From assembly GCA_012295275.1 (NCBI GenBank), contig CM022677.1, forward strand, positions 23,870,001 through 23,934,000: a stretch of 64,000 nucleotides of DNA, read 5' to 3'. This stretch comes from Chrysomallon squamiferum (lineage: Eukaryota > Animalia > Mollusca). Under the pieces are notes generated by a model. That model made no database searches. It saw nothing but the letters and a program-made list of their open reading frames with translations, and had not been told where the DNA came from. This document shows positions 15,454 to 64,000 of this stretch, piece by piece (within the stretch, counting starts at the first letter, position 1; every line of letters begins with the position of its first letter). A program made the translations under genes and the position numbers.

Positions 15454-16507
15454 TATACTCACATACCCATACTCACACACACACACACACACACACCACC
15501 ACCACCACCACACACACATATACCTGAACACTATTTTATTTATTTATTCATTTTACTTTTACATTAACAAAACGTGATTATTTTACCTCAACAAACACAT
15601 GGTTTATCTTTACCTGGACAGGGGTCAATTACTGGACACGGCTCAACGACTCTTCTTTTTGACCTTCCCAAGCAGTACATTCGGTCAATGACGCAGTCCC
15701 TGATGTAGTACTCCACAACAGACTTCATGCCGCACATTGCGTGGCATCCTTCGCCCCGCACTTTGCTCCAGAACGTCCAGCCGCCCAAGGGGTAGCACTT
15801 TTCATCAACGTAACAGTAGTCATGTAAGATCTTCATTGCATTGCCGTTACACTGCAACCCCTTGGTCAAACAGGTCCGGGTGTAGTTCACCCAAAAAGCT
15901 TTTGGTTTGCAGTTCTTTTCACATGTGACCTTCTGAACTCGATGCCATGACGACCATTCCCCAAACTCTGAAGAAAAAAAAAAAAAAAAATTATAAAAAT
16001 AAAAAAATTTACATTTTTATTATTATGATTATTTGTTTTGGGGTATTTCTTATCATTCATTTGTCACCAATGAGAACTACTGCTTCTGTTTTAAAAAAGA
16101 ATAGAAAAGTATTAATATTATTTTTTTTTTTTTAAATTATTATTTTTTTTTTGTTTTGTTTTGTCTGTTTCCTAGACTTAATATGTCACATGACAACCAA
16201 AGGTCTATTATAAAAAAAATTAAAGGAACTATTATTTTTTTTTTTTTTTTTAATTTTAATCTGGCCTACTGACTTTATTCAAAGAAGAAAATAAAACATT
16301 TTTTTTTTTTTTTGGCATGCATTTCCTAACATTAAAATTTATTATTATGACAATCAGCGAGAAATTTAAAAAGTTAATAAAAATACTAAAGTTAAGAATA
16401 TTTATTTTGTTATTATTATTATTATTTTGTTTTATTTCAGTATAATTTTAGGAAAATGTTTATAATTTTTCATATATTTTGAAAAAATATATATTTTTGA
16501 AATCAAT

Positions 16508-16598
<91 letters not shown>

Positions 16599-17009
16599 TA
16601 TTTTTCATTCATTATTTTATTTTATTTAATTGATTTTTACCTCTGACACAGCTGTCCCCCAAACACTTCTCCATCACCGACTTCTCCGAGACACCAACAC
16701 ACGGTTTACCTAGGTAAGGTGCCGGGAAAGTGCACGTTCTCATTAGAGTTATCTTTCTTGAGCAGTTCCTTAAACAAGGACCATAAACTCTTGACCAGTG
16801 AGACCAACCTCCATCAGCTGAAAAATAGCTACAGTTTTAGTATTCTTATCACTGTTGTCATCATTACCGTTTTTATTTTTCTTCTTCTTCGTGTTCTTTT
16901 TGTTATTATTCTTGCTATGTAAAATCAGTGATTTTATTTGTTTTTCCTTTTCATACAAATTATTCAGAACTTTCTAAGCACAGTATAATTATAACTATCA
17001 TATGCGTGA

Positions 17010-17050
<41 letters not shown>

Positions 17051-17460
17051 TAATGCTGATGATTATATGATAACAATAATATAATAATGATCATGGTGAC
17101 AATAACAAAAAAAAAAAAAAAAAAAAGTAGTAACAACAAAATAAAAATAATAATAACAAGAAATATCAGTAACAAGAAGAACAAGAAGAAGAAATACTTA
17201 CAAGGACAAGGCATATCGATAATACACTGAGTAGAAACATTCTTCACTCTTGGCTCTTCGCAACTTTCTTCTCCATCACATTTTCGCTCATGGTATATAT
17301 TTAGTGTACCCAGGCCACAAGTAACAGAACAAGCATATACAAGTTTTGGTACAAGCATTTGTGATTCTGTCCGTAAAGAACAAAATTAAAAAGAGAAAAA
17401 TGTCTTCATTTCAATAAAAAGAATCTAGTGTGGTTACTTTATATCTCTTTGTATTTCATT

Positions 17461-17491
<31 letters not shown>

Positions 17492-18182
17492 TATTATTAT
17501 TATTAGGTTTTTTTTATAAAGATTTGTTATTGTTAATTTTTAATATTATTATTGATATTATTCTTCCTATTATTATTATTATTATTATTGTTGTTATTGT
17601 TATTGTTATTTTTGTTGTTATTATTATCATTATTGCTATTATGTTGTGATTATTATTATTATAATATTATTATGGATGGATGGATGGACATTTTGTTATA
17701 ATTAATGCTGTTGCTGTTGTTCTTGTTCTTGTTATTATCATTTCATACAAAAATAAATATATAAAAATGCATGCTTGCATTTGCAGACACAGATATATAG
17801 TCACCTGGTATAGGAATATAGCTTGCTGGTTATTTTCTGTCACCCAGGACAACACAAACACACTGTTGTATTAATCCTGAACACACACACACATACAAAC
17901 ACATGCACAAATATATGTAGACAAACACACACTGTCTACATAATGACACAAACTAAAATACTTATAATATTAATTAGAGATTAATTAGAGATTTTACACA
18001 TGCAAATATATATATATATATATTCACACACTTCTCTTATTATCTATCTTTCATAATTTATATTTATACACACAAACACACACACAATTTGTCTGAACAA
18101 ATGCACAAACATATACAAATAATATTAATTATTTGAAAATATACTTCATACTCTCTCATACACACAGACATATTATACATGT

Positions 18183-18214
<32 letters not shown>

Positions 18215-18494
18215 TTATTATATTAATATTTGATTTAGACATTACTGTTTATACTTACTCTGGCATTCTGGTGTTAAGAAACATTTTTCTATGACATATC
18301 TGTGAACTTTATTTGATTTACATGGACTTTTTTTGCAGAGTTTCACATAAAGTCCAAGTACATGCTCAGATGTACAGTTATGACAAATATTGTTTGTCAC
18401 TTTGAGCCAAGAAGTCCATTCAGCAGTTACTGCAACATTATAGTGTTCATTTTAATAAGACATGTGATACAGAGAAAACTGGCATATTGCTCTT

Positions 18495-18554
<60 letters not shown>

Positions 18555-19531
18555 TGCAATAACAATAACATCAACAACAATAACTAAAAATAATAATAAT
18601 AATAATAATGATAATAACAATAATAATAATAACAATAATAATTGCAATAACAATAACATCAACAACAATAACAACAATAATAACTAAAACAATAATAATG
18701 ATGATAATAATAATTATAAACAAATAAATAAGTAAATAAATAAATAAATAAAAAGCTAAAAATAAAAGATATACCAAATTACACACCACACATTGATTTT
18801 GTTGTTAGATATCTTTGAATCAGTGTTTTTAAAAAAAAATAATAATAATATCATCAACATATACTTCCCAATCCAACAACATATGAAAAGATTTGTAATA
18901 ATTTTAACAAAGTGTTATAAGTGCTGACTACCTGGTTATTTTTGCATACAAGTGACTCATGTTTAGACTTAATCCTCAGTTTCTTAAACCTTTTTTCTAC
19001 TTATAAAACCCATAGAGATTAGGAAAACAAATTGGTAGAACCTAAATTCCTTCAACATTCCAAAAATTCATTGGACAGTTTTGGCTAATAGATAACTTTA
19101 TTTTATCAGATTTCACAGATGTATTCTCAGAAAGATAATGACAATTAAGATTTCTTTTTTTATCACAAATCTTGAAATTTTGAATATTAAAGTGTAATTC
19201 TCTGAAACAAGGCACTGAACTAATGATTAGCTTGTGTAGAATGCCTAGTTTACATAAGACCTAGTTTGAAAATCCCTGGTCTAATATATAGGAAGCCACT
19301 GATGCCATATTTGAGTTTTAACTTACCACTTAAAGCTGAAATGATCAAGATGAACTGAACAGCCTTCCAACTATTTACAAAATAACTGAAATAATAATCA
19401 AAATAATGATGGTGATTATGATGATAATGATAAAGATGAATTAGAGAGAGGAGAAATAGTATCATGTGGGACTTGTTTTCGAAAAAAATTCGAACTTTTA
19501 TTATTAATTCTAATGGATGACAGTAGTGATC

Positions 19532-19572
<41 letters not shown>

Positions 19573-19781
19573 AATAGATAAATAAATAAAAATAAATTTA
19601 TAAGCAAAAATTATCTAACATAATTATATGCTTCATAAAGATTGATATTAATGATGAAATTCTTCTTGTTCAGTGACGCTGGTACAACTTTTTTCGTCAG
19701 TATTGTGCAGACAAGAATAACATTGACAACAATATTTATTAGTCTAGATTAGACTTGTTTTGTAGTCTGTTATTACCTCAT
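3..19781 (-). CDS. Gene A: type I membrane protein with signal peptide, 20 TSP1 repeats and TM helix (cytoplasmic exon beyond left window edge)
   Basis: Manual GT-AG exon chain, open throughout: 19781-19777 (ATGAG|gtaat); 19385-19327 (signal MSYFVNSWKAVQFILIISALS); TSR exons 18429-18259, 17366-17202, 16817-16641, 15967-15614 (two TSRs), 15001-14819, 14239-14042, 13101-12934, 11865-11695, 10777-10586, 9586-9425, 9083-8913, 8446-8288, 7297-7127, 6656-6459, 5828-5622, 4962-4768, 3751-3539, 2940-2764, 1275-1099; TM exon 105-3. WxxW, CxxT/SCG, RxC and 6-Cys TSR pattern; all TSR exons are multiples of 3, phase 1-1. Confidence 0.88.
570..991. mobile_element. Possible MITE/DNA-transposon fragment(s) in the intron before the gene A TM exon
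   Basis: CpG-containing island interrupting a local degenerate AT repeat. The right end CGACTTATACACAAGTATATACGG resembles pogo/Tigger-type TIRs (CCGTATATACT...TATAAGTCG), and there is a weak inverted match between ~574-593 and ~945-960. Recognised from memory only. Confidence 0.3.
1560..2680. repeat. Degenerate ~30-bp AT-rich satellite (attacaacatatgacagttacaaagtatt-like), split by the Tigger element
   Basis: The same unit recurs at ~1560-1760 and resumes at ~2471-2680 on either side of the insertion. Confidence 0.6.
1762..2470 (-). mobile_element. Internally deleted Tigger/pogo-family (Tc1/mariner superfamily) DNA transposon
   Basis: Perfect 18-bp terminal inverted repeat ATGGTACCTTGACTTACA (1764-1781) / TGTAAGTCAAGGTACCAT (2450-2467). 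Minus-strand broken ORF from 2206: MDPKKVCAEDSAEKKKRVMSIE*KH*IIEK ... STSMICTVLTQKELIKAVTPAKG, resembling the N-terminal CENP-B/psq-type HTH of Tigger transposases. Confidence 0.85.
7213..7465. repeat. 127-bp tandem duplication spanning the acceptor and 5' half of gene A TSR14 exon
   Basis: 7213-7338 and 7340-7465 are near-identical. Confidence 0.95.
13283..13773. mobile_element. ~490-bp non-autonomous DNA transposon (MITE) in a gene A intron
   Basis: Inverted termini TACCCAATCATTTATCTGGT (13286-13305) and ACCAGATAAATGATTCAGTA (13750-13769), 18/20 match; no coding capacity; flanked by TA-rich microsatellite. Confidence 0.6.
14520..14790. repeat. Degenerate ~32-bp minisatellite (acagaattagaacattaaaagtgttgattaac-like)
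   Basis: Unit recurs several times with substitutions in the intron between gene A TSR6 and TSR7 exons. Confidence 0.55.
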
Positions 19782-19789
19782 ATTATTAT

Positions 19790-20820
19790 CTTGATTCTGA
19801 CAAAATTAATTTATAAAACTGAAATTTTATAAATGAAAAAAAGTTGAGATGTGATCTTAATGCTATCGTCTGACGTTTCGAAAACATGGCGAAATCACTT
19901 GACATCACGTGATACATCAAAGCAACGTTGTTCCTTAGTTACGGTTACTCGATGGATTATTTTCAATTATAACTACGTTTTTTAATTTATGATTTACAAA
20001 AAAGCTATAGGAGATGAAATCAGAAACGTATCCTAGTTGCTGGTTCTTTGGGGGGGGGTTGTTTGTTTTGTGTTTTTTTTTGGGGGTATACACAAATGTA
20101 TTAGTCTTACCTTTATTTTAATTTTTTGGATAGTTATTAGTAAATTATTTTTCAAACTAATGCATGCAGGAACACAAACAAATATATATCAAAATCATAA
20201 AAAGGAGGTTACTTTAAATAAATCCGAACAGATATACGTACTAGATCTGACTTGGCTACACTCATGACTATAGCTATAAACAAAATTACTGATGTTTATA
20301 AAAGTAATAATTTTAAAAAAAATGTAGCTTTTCTTTTGTTATTTGTTATTACCAAATGTTTTATCGTTCATTATAAGTAAGTGTTTTATATGATTTTTTA
20401 TATATTTTGTTGCGAGCTAAAATAATAAATTGCCGTTTTGATTTTTGTATCTAACGATAAACGAAATACTGAGACCAATTTAATGGTTTTCTTTCCTGCG
20501 AATGTTCGTGACACATAAAACCTACATTATTTTTTAATTAATTAATTTTATTGTTGCTGTTGTTGTTGTTATTAGTTAATCGTTTTCACTTTCGAGTAAA
20601 AGATAAGGTGCGCCCAAAATTTTGAAGCGAATTCAGTTAAGTGTAAATAGGTCATTATCATGTGTCATTGACAGTATAAGGCCATCTTGTTTATCATAGC
20701 GTAAGCGTTGGAATTGTTTACTCATTTTGCACAGTTATCTTTTACGATTTCTTAAGTTTGAAATCTCAGGGAACAAAAGAAGAAAAAAGAAAAGAAAACG
20801 TTGGCACTATATTGTTGGTA
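19790..20820. promoter_or_regulatory. Putative bidirectional promoter region of head-to-head genes A and B
   Basis: Start codons at 19781 (-) and 21267 (+); locally CpG-richer. YY1-like CGCCATGTT (minus, 19883-19891) next to TGACG, E-box TCACGTGA 19905-19912, X-box-like GTAACTAAGGAAC (minus, 19930-19942), YY1-like GCCATCTTG 20681-20689. Candidate 5'UTR donor G|gtaagc at 20817/20818. Confidence 0.55.
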
Positions 20821-20978
20821 AGCTGGGTCAAATGTTTCTCTGAAACTTGCATGTTTGCGACATTTCAAACGATATTTTAATATTTATTTTGTTATATTAT
20901 TATAATTTAATTTATTATATGGGCTACTATTTACATTTTAATAATTAAAAACATCACTCGCGTTTATTATTATTATTA

Positions 20979-21021
<43 letters not shown>

Positions 21022-21126
21022 TTTTTTTTTTTTTTGCTTTTATCTTTAATTGTCGATAGCATGTCCTGATATAGAACTCTTTTTGTTTTTTTATTACAAG
21101 ACTGCCATTTTTTCAATATCATAATT

Positions 21127-21158
<32 letters not shown>

Positions 21159-21169
21159 TTACTACTACT

Positions 21170-21221
<52 letters not shown>

Positions 21222-21266
21222 TAATAATAATTTGTTATTTTAGATATTCTTAAAAAACTAGAACAG

Positions 21267-38867
<17,601 letters not shown>

Positions 38868-39229
38868 CAAGTAGCAGCAGTGATTGGTCTAAAAAGCCAA
38901 GGACGTCGTGGAAGGCGCTAGGACTGGACGGCGGATGGTAGACGTTGTCACTCCTGTTGTAGATGACCGAAGGGTTTCTACGTGGGCTGAACCAGTGTAT
39001 TAATAATCTGATATTATGTTTCAGTCTGAAAAATACTAATCCGATATTACATGCTATGTAGTTTAATTTAATGTAGTGTTAAGCTGATATTATGTGTAAG
39101 TCTGCTACAGCATTATTCTAATACTGTTATAGCACTAATTTGATACTACATTTCAGCCCTTTATAGTATTAAAATGTTTAAGATCAAACAATGAAACGAA
39201 TATAATATTTAATTAATATTATGGATTAT

Positions 39230-39845
39230 TGTATAACACTTTCAGTACTAAACTGATACTACGTTTTAGTATGAACAGCAGTTGCAATATTAACACCACG
39301 TTTATTCAGTATAACAGTTGTATTAATCTAATGCTACGTTTTAGTCTATATAACAGCTGTAATACTAATTTAATGCTACGTTTTAATCTATAACAGCTGT
39401 AACATTAATCTAATACTACGTTTTACTCTGTACGACAGATGTAATATTAATCTAATACTACGTATTAATCTATAACAGCTGTAATATTAATCTAATGCTA
39501 GCTTTAATCAGTATAACAGCTGTAATATTAATCGAATACTACGTTTTAATCTGTAAAACAACTGTAATATTAGTCTAATACTACGTTTTACTCTATAACA
39601 GCTATAATATTAATCTAATACTGCGTTTATATCTCTGTAACAGCTGTAATATTAATCTGATACTACGTTTTAATGTATAACAGTTATAACATTAATCTAA
39701 TGCTACGTTTTAATCTGTATAACAGCTGTAATATTAATCGAATACTACGTTTTAATCTGTAAAACAGCTGTAATCTTAATGTGATGCTGTTTTAATCTGT
39801 AGAACAGCTGTAATATTAATCTAATACTAGGTTTTAATCTGTATA
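39230..39845. repeat. 40-42-bp minisatellite, ~15 copies, downstream of the gene B stop codon
   Basis: Unit gtaatattaatctaatactacgttttaatc(tg)tataacagct; more decayed copies extend back to ~39000. Confidence 0.9.
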
Positions 39846-40859
39846 AAGATACAGAATTAAACTACCCACGAGAACCCGCCGTGAGAGTAAGAAGCACAAA
39901 TTGAGCAGATCAGTCACAACACAGTGTGATCGAATGTGAGGAAAGACTGCTTAGTTATTAGATAAAAACTGTGAGAAATATTCTGTGATACACCCTGATT
40001 AGAAGGGTAACCTTTTAGATATAACACAGGTAATATACGGGATTTGGGAAATTTTTTATTTTTTATTTATTTATTTATTTATTCAAACGATAAACCGTTG
40101 AAGCATGGAATGAAGAGGATTCAAAATATTTGTAAACAAAAAATGAAATAAAAAATACCAACAAATCTTCGCATTTTCTTTTTTTTTTTTATTTTTTTTT
40201 CTGTTTCTTTCTTAATTTTTTTTTTTTTTTTTTTTTTTTTCGGTCTCTGAAAATTTTAACTAAAAAATAATGTAAAATTTTGTGTATGTCCTATAAATCA
40301 TTCCTGTAAATTAATTACAAGTAGGTTCAAATCATGAATTTTCTGTTGCCATAGAGTTGCAAAAAGTCACTCTTACGTTGATGGAAATTCGCTGAAAGTG
40401 GCCACAACCGATCAATGGCAATCAGAATAACTTAACAGTACCCAGAGGTATGGTTTCAGATTTCTCCACATTCCAAAAATCGATGTCTGCGATTTATACG
40501 TTCACAAGACGTAGGTACATGTTTACACCGAGAAAGTTGGTTATCATTCAACATGGCGAATTACTGATAATTAATAATGAAGTATTTTCGCATCATTATT
40601 ATCATTCCTTAATGGATTCAAAATTTTATAATCCTAAGACCTTTAACTACAGTAAAAGTGCTGTTCTGTGCTTATGGAGTGAATTAGATTTTTACGTAAA
40701 ACTTGAAAGATTTATAGGATGGATAGTAAACAGTATCAGTGTATAGTGAAAGAAGCTTTATTTCTTTCAAACATTAAAAATCAATCAACAAAAAATAAAA
40801 TTAAATAATAATAATAATAATAATAATAATATAGAAATTAAAAATAAACAACCATGGAT

Positions 40860-41106
40860 ATTTACTTCCGGTATCGAACACGAGGCCGTGACGTAAAACG
40901 CCATGTTTTCGATAACGTCAGACGCTAATGATGTCAGCTGTTCATTTTACGACCAAAAGAACAAGAAAATCTACTTGGATTATTACAAACCTTTCGGTTT
41001 TTAAACAATGGAAGCGTTTCACCATTAAATTGAATAAATGAATAATATCAAGTATCAGTTAAGGATGATTACCTTATCAGTGCATAAAGACCAGAGAACT
41101 GAGGAG
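40860..41106 (+). promoter_or_regulatory. Putative promoter and non-coding first exon of gene C
   Basis: ETS-like ACTTCCGG 40864-40871, CRE-like GTGACGTA 40888-40895, CGCCATGTTTTCGATAACGTCAGACG 40899-40924 (shared with gene A upstream), donor GAG|gtaggc at 41106/41107. Confidence 0.55.
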
Positions 41107-41298
41107 GTAGGCATTATTATTATTATTATTATTTATTTTGTTTTGTTGTAAAGGAATACACTTTCCAACTGTTTTGGAAACTGTTAAATAGAAACATCAA
41201 TTTGCATTAAATAATAAGAAACAAATAAAAAATAACGTAATAAGATATAATGATTGACTTACCTTTTTTTTTTTTTTTTTATCTGTTTCTTTAGCATT

Positions 41299-60742
<19,444 letters not shown>

Positions 60743-61200
60743 ACTCCAGCACATTAGAATCCAAGATGGCGTTAAACCTGTAACAACCATGATTGCAACG
60801 GAAATTTAGTGCTGTCGTTGCAGGCTGTTTGTGGTGTCTTTTAATTGCTACGCTTCTGATATTTTAAACCACCGTGTATATATTATCGTCTTCGACGAAT
60901 TTCAGAGAAAAAGGCAGCTGTGAAGAGATATCGACGTTGTCTTCAGTGTACCGTGACCTGTAACTTTTAATGTGCAACAGTTTCCGTCATCTTTGAAATA
61001 TGCCAGTATTCAGCAAGATCAGACGACAAAGCTTTAGTCTGCGTTTTCGTCAGTTTATCTAGAAAGAATTAGAGTAATTTTGGTGTATTAGCCTTAGAAA
61101 CCAGGACTGGAGAAATCCCATGAAGTGTCTATTACATAAGTGTATGACACGTTATAGTATCTTTAGTAGACCGCATATTTTTAATTATTATTATAATTAC

Positions 61201-61247
<47 letters not shown>

Positions 61248-61717
61248 GTAGTACTACTACTATACTATTATTATTACTACTACTACTACTACTACTGTTA
61301 TTATCATTATTATCTGTCTATGTCAAATATACTGTCTTTAATTGCAAGCAATTGATGTTTTTTTATTATTATTTTGTATTATTATTATTATTTTACTTTT
61401 ATAACCAAATCGACATATCTGTTATTTAGCTATATAACACAGAACAATGCCTTTACTAGTATATTGTTTTTATTTATTTATTTATTTAGTTAGTTATTTG
61501 CACAGACAGAAAAGATATACTCTTTCATGTGAACACACATGCAAACATGTCTGTTAATGAATACTTTTCAATTACTTTTAATTTCTTTCATTTAACTGAC
61601 TCGTATTACTTGTAATAAAAGGCAAATAAGAAATTGAAAAGAATTTCATTTTGCCCTTATTGTTCTGTAGCTTTCAAACACAGTGACATTTACTTATTTT
61701 TGTAACTATCTCGGTCT

Positions 61718-61782
<65 letters not shown>

Positions 61783-63514
61783 TATATGCATTATGTTATT
61801 TATATGTTTTTGTCTTTATCTTATCAGCCATCTCGCTAACTTCTACTCTGTTCGTCTGCCTATCTTTCTCTGTTTATTTTTTAGTCAATAATTCAGTGTA
61901 TGTGTGTGTATATATATATATATAGACACACATACAGACTTTTTTTCAACTCCTCAAACGCTGTTAACCTCAGTATTTTGTTATGGTAAATGCGTAACTG
62001 GAAACAAAAACACGAATACTGAGTATCAAAATACGTATTAATAAGCTTCAGTGTCTCTTTGGGTTTCAGCATGAAGTAATTTTCAGTAAATTTTAAAGCC
62101 GCATCATTTTTAAATTTTTAAATTATTTATGTATGTATGTATATATTTATTGTTATTTTTTATTTATTTATTTTTACGAAAACTGAAACAAAATAACGAA
62201 ACGGTGTATTAAAATAACATACTTTTTTATGATTCAAAATAATTTATAAAAAAATTAAAAAAATATTTAAAAAAATTAAAAAAAATGTGTTTTTACATTT
62301 CTTTTTAACTTTGTTTAGTTTAACAACGTAAGACAAAACATGATGAGGATGATAATTAAGATGATTTTAATGATGATGATTTTGATGAAACTAGTGAAAT
62401 GATGAAAGGACAAGTTACAAGTAACACAGCTATAAAACGTAATAAATGTATCAAACATAAACAATGACACTTTTTGTCTTTTCAAAATGTCTGTCATCAG
62501 CGTCTGAATATGTCATTTTTTTCACTTTGAAGTAAACATCGTTCAGTTGTTTAACTACAGCAAACTGATTTATTTATATCCTCAGTACCAATGTCAAACA
62601 TAAGGTAACCTTAGGAAATTCAGTACAAAGTTATATTTTTCTGAACCTGCAGTAGGATTATTTATAAATGCACCTTTCCCTAAACAGTATAAAATACACC
62701 CTTTTAACCCGGCACAGTTCATTGATAGATCCTGTGAATCGTTACATTTAATCTCTCTGTCTATCTAACTATCTATCCATCTATTTGTATATATTATACT
62801 TTTCAGTAACGAGTACACAGAAACAGGAATATCACTTTTCTTTATTATATTTACTTGTGTTTTTGTCTAATGTCTTTATTTTGAATCAATGAATTGGCAA
62901 GAAACATAATTCATTTTGCTGAATATCTGCTGCATTCTTTAACGTTCTCTAGAAATCGAGAATATTCGATCCATTTCTCTACTGAAGATAAAGGATGTCT
63001 TGCGAAGGTTTCTTCTATCTTTTAGTCTTATTCTTGGAAATTTCACCTTAGAAAATTCTTTGTGAGAATTCCAGCCGTTCTTTTTGCAATGTAACCTGGT
63101 CTTTTTCATTTTTATTTTTCTTTCTCTTGAAATTCGATATTATTAACTTTTCTTTCCTTTTTCTTTTCTTTTTCTTTCCTTTTTCTTTTCTTTTTCTTTT
63201 CTTTTCTTTTCTTTTCTTCTAAAAAATTTTTTTATACGATGAGTAATTAGCTTTGCGTTGAAACAAAAGCCATATACTTACAAACTGACATTGAGAATAT
63301 TCATTTCCTTACTTCAGGAATCTTCCAAAGAAAGATTCGTTTGTTTATTATTCATCATTTTATGAGATTTACTCTGTGAAAGTCTGTTCATGCATGACTG
63401 AGTGAAGATGTCTTGATTTTCAGTTCCGAATTTGTTTTTAATTCTTCTTCTTAGCGAAGAAGTTCAACTTTCCTTTTTTTTCTTTATCATATATTTTTTG
63501 TTTTCATTTTCATT

Positions 63515-63611
<97 letters not shown>

Positions 63612-63897
63612 TTTGACTTAAAAATGATATATATTTCAATAGAAGGACCATTTGTTAATTTCCTCTAGAAATCTTCTGACCTAAGGATTTATTTCATTTT
63701 TTATTACTTTCTTCTTCTTCTTCTTATTATTATTAATGTTTCATCTTTTTATTATTTTTAAAAATTATTATTATTATTTTTCTTCTTCTTCTTCTTTTCT
63801 TCTTCACAACTTCAGAATTACGAAGTTTCATGAAGCTGGTAACAGTTTTATGTTCTGAGACCAAAAACAAAGTGATTGATTTCCGTCGTTTTTGCCT

Positions 63898-64000
63898 CGG
63901 AATACGTTTCGTCTTATTTCGGAATACGTTTCGTTTCATTTCGGAATACGTTTCGTATTATTTCGGAATACGTTTCGTGTCATTTCGGAATACGTTTCGT
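63898..64000. repeat. 22-bp tandem repeat running off the right edge
   Basis: cggaatacgtttcgtNNNattt at 63898, 63920, 63942, 63964, 63986. Confidence 0.9.

Noticed and set aside
40450-40746. 98-aa ORF upstream of gene C
   Set aside because: No recognisable motif, signal or splice context linking it to the cluster; could be chance or a repeat fragment.
62870-63490. Possible 3' exons of a convergent neighbouring gene on the minus strand (donor-like gtaagg near 63312, acceptor near 63097, AATAAA near 62878)
   Set aside because: I could not build a continuous stop-free frame or recognise a product; may be UTR or lncRNA and needs transcript data.

Overview
AT-rich, microsatellite-dense eukaryotic (metazoan, invertebrate-looking) genomic DNA; no prokaryotic features. 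Almost the whole window is a cluster of three paralogous, intron-rich genes that I reconstructed by hand from splice sites. Gene A is on the minus strand (19781->3, last exon off the left edge), gene B is on plus (21267-38867, ~1395 aa) and gene C is on plus (41299-60742). Each encodes a short signal peptide, exactly 20 thrombospondin type-1 repeats (TSRs) and one transmembrane helix. The cytoplasmic tails (visible for B and C) share only an NPAF motif. TSRs are one per phase-1/phase-1 exon and collinear repeat-for-repeat across the genes, yet the sequences are very diverged. A and B are head-to-head, and A and C share a near-identical 26-bp promoter element. Gene C has two reading-frame anomalies (TSR6 exon and TM exon), so it may be a pseudogene or allele, or contain assembly errors. 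Introns hold a deleted Tigger/pogo transposon, MITE/SINE-like pieces and minisatellites, some born from exon-intron junctions. Most ORFs in the supplied track are microsatellite artefacts or single exons read through into introns. All gene models are manual predictions without transcript support.
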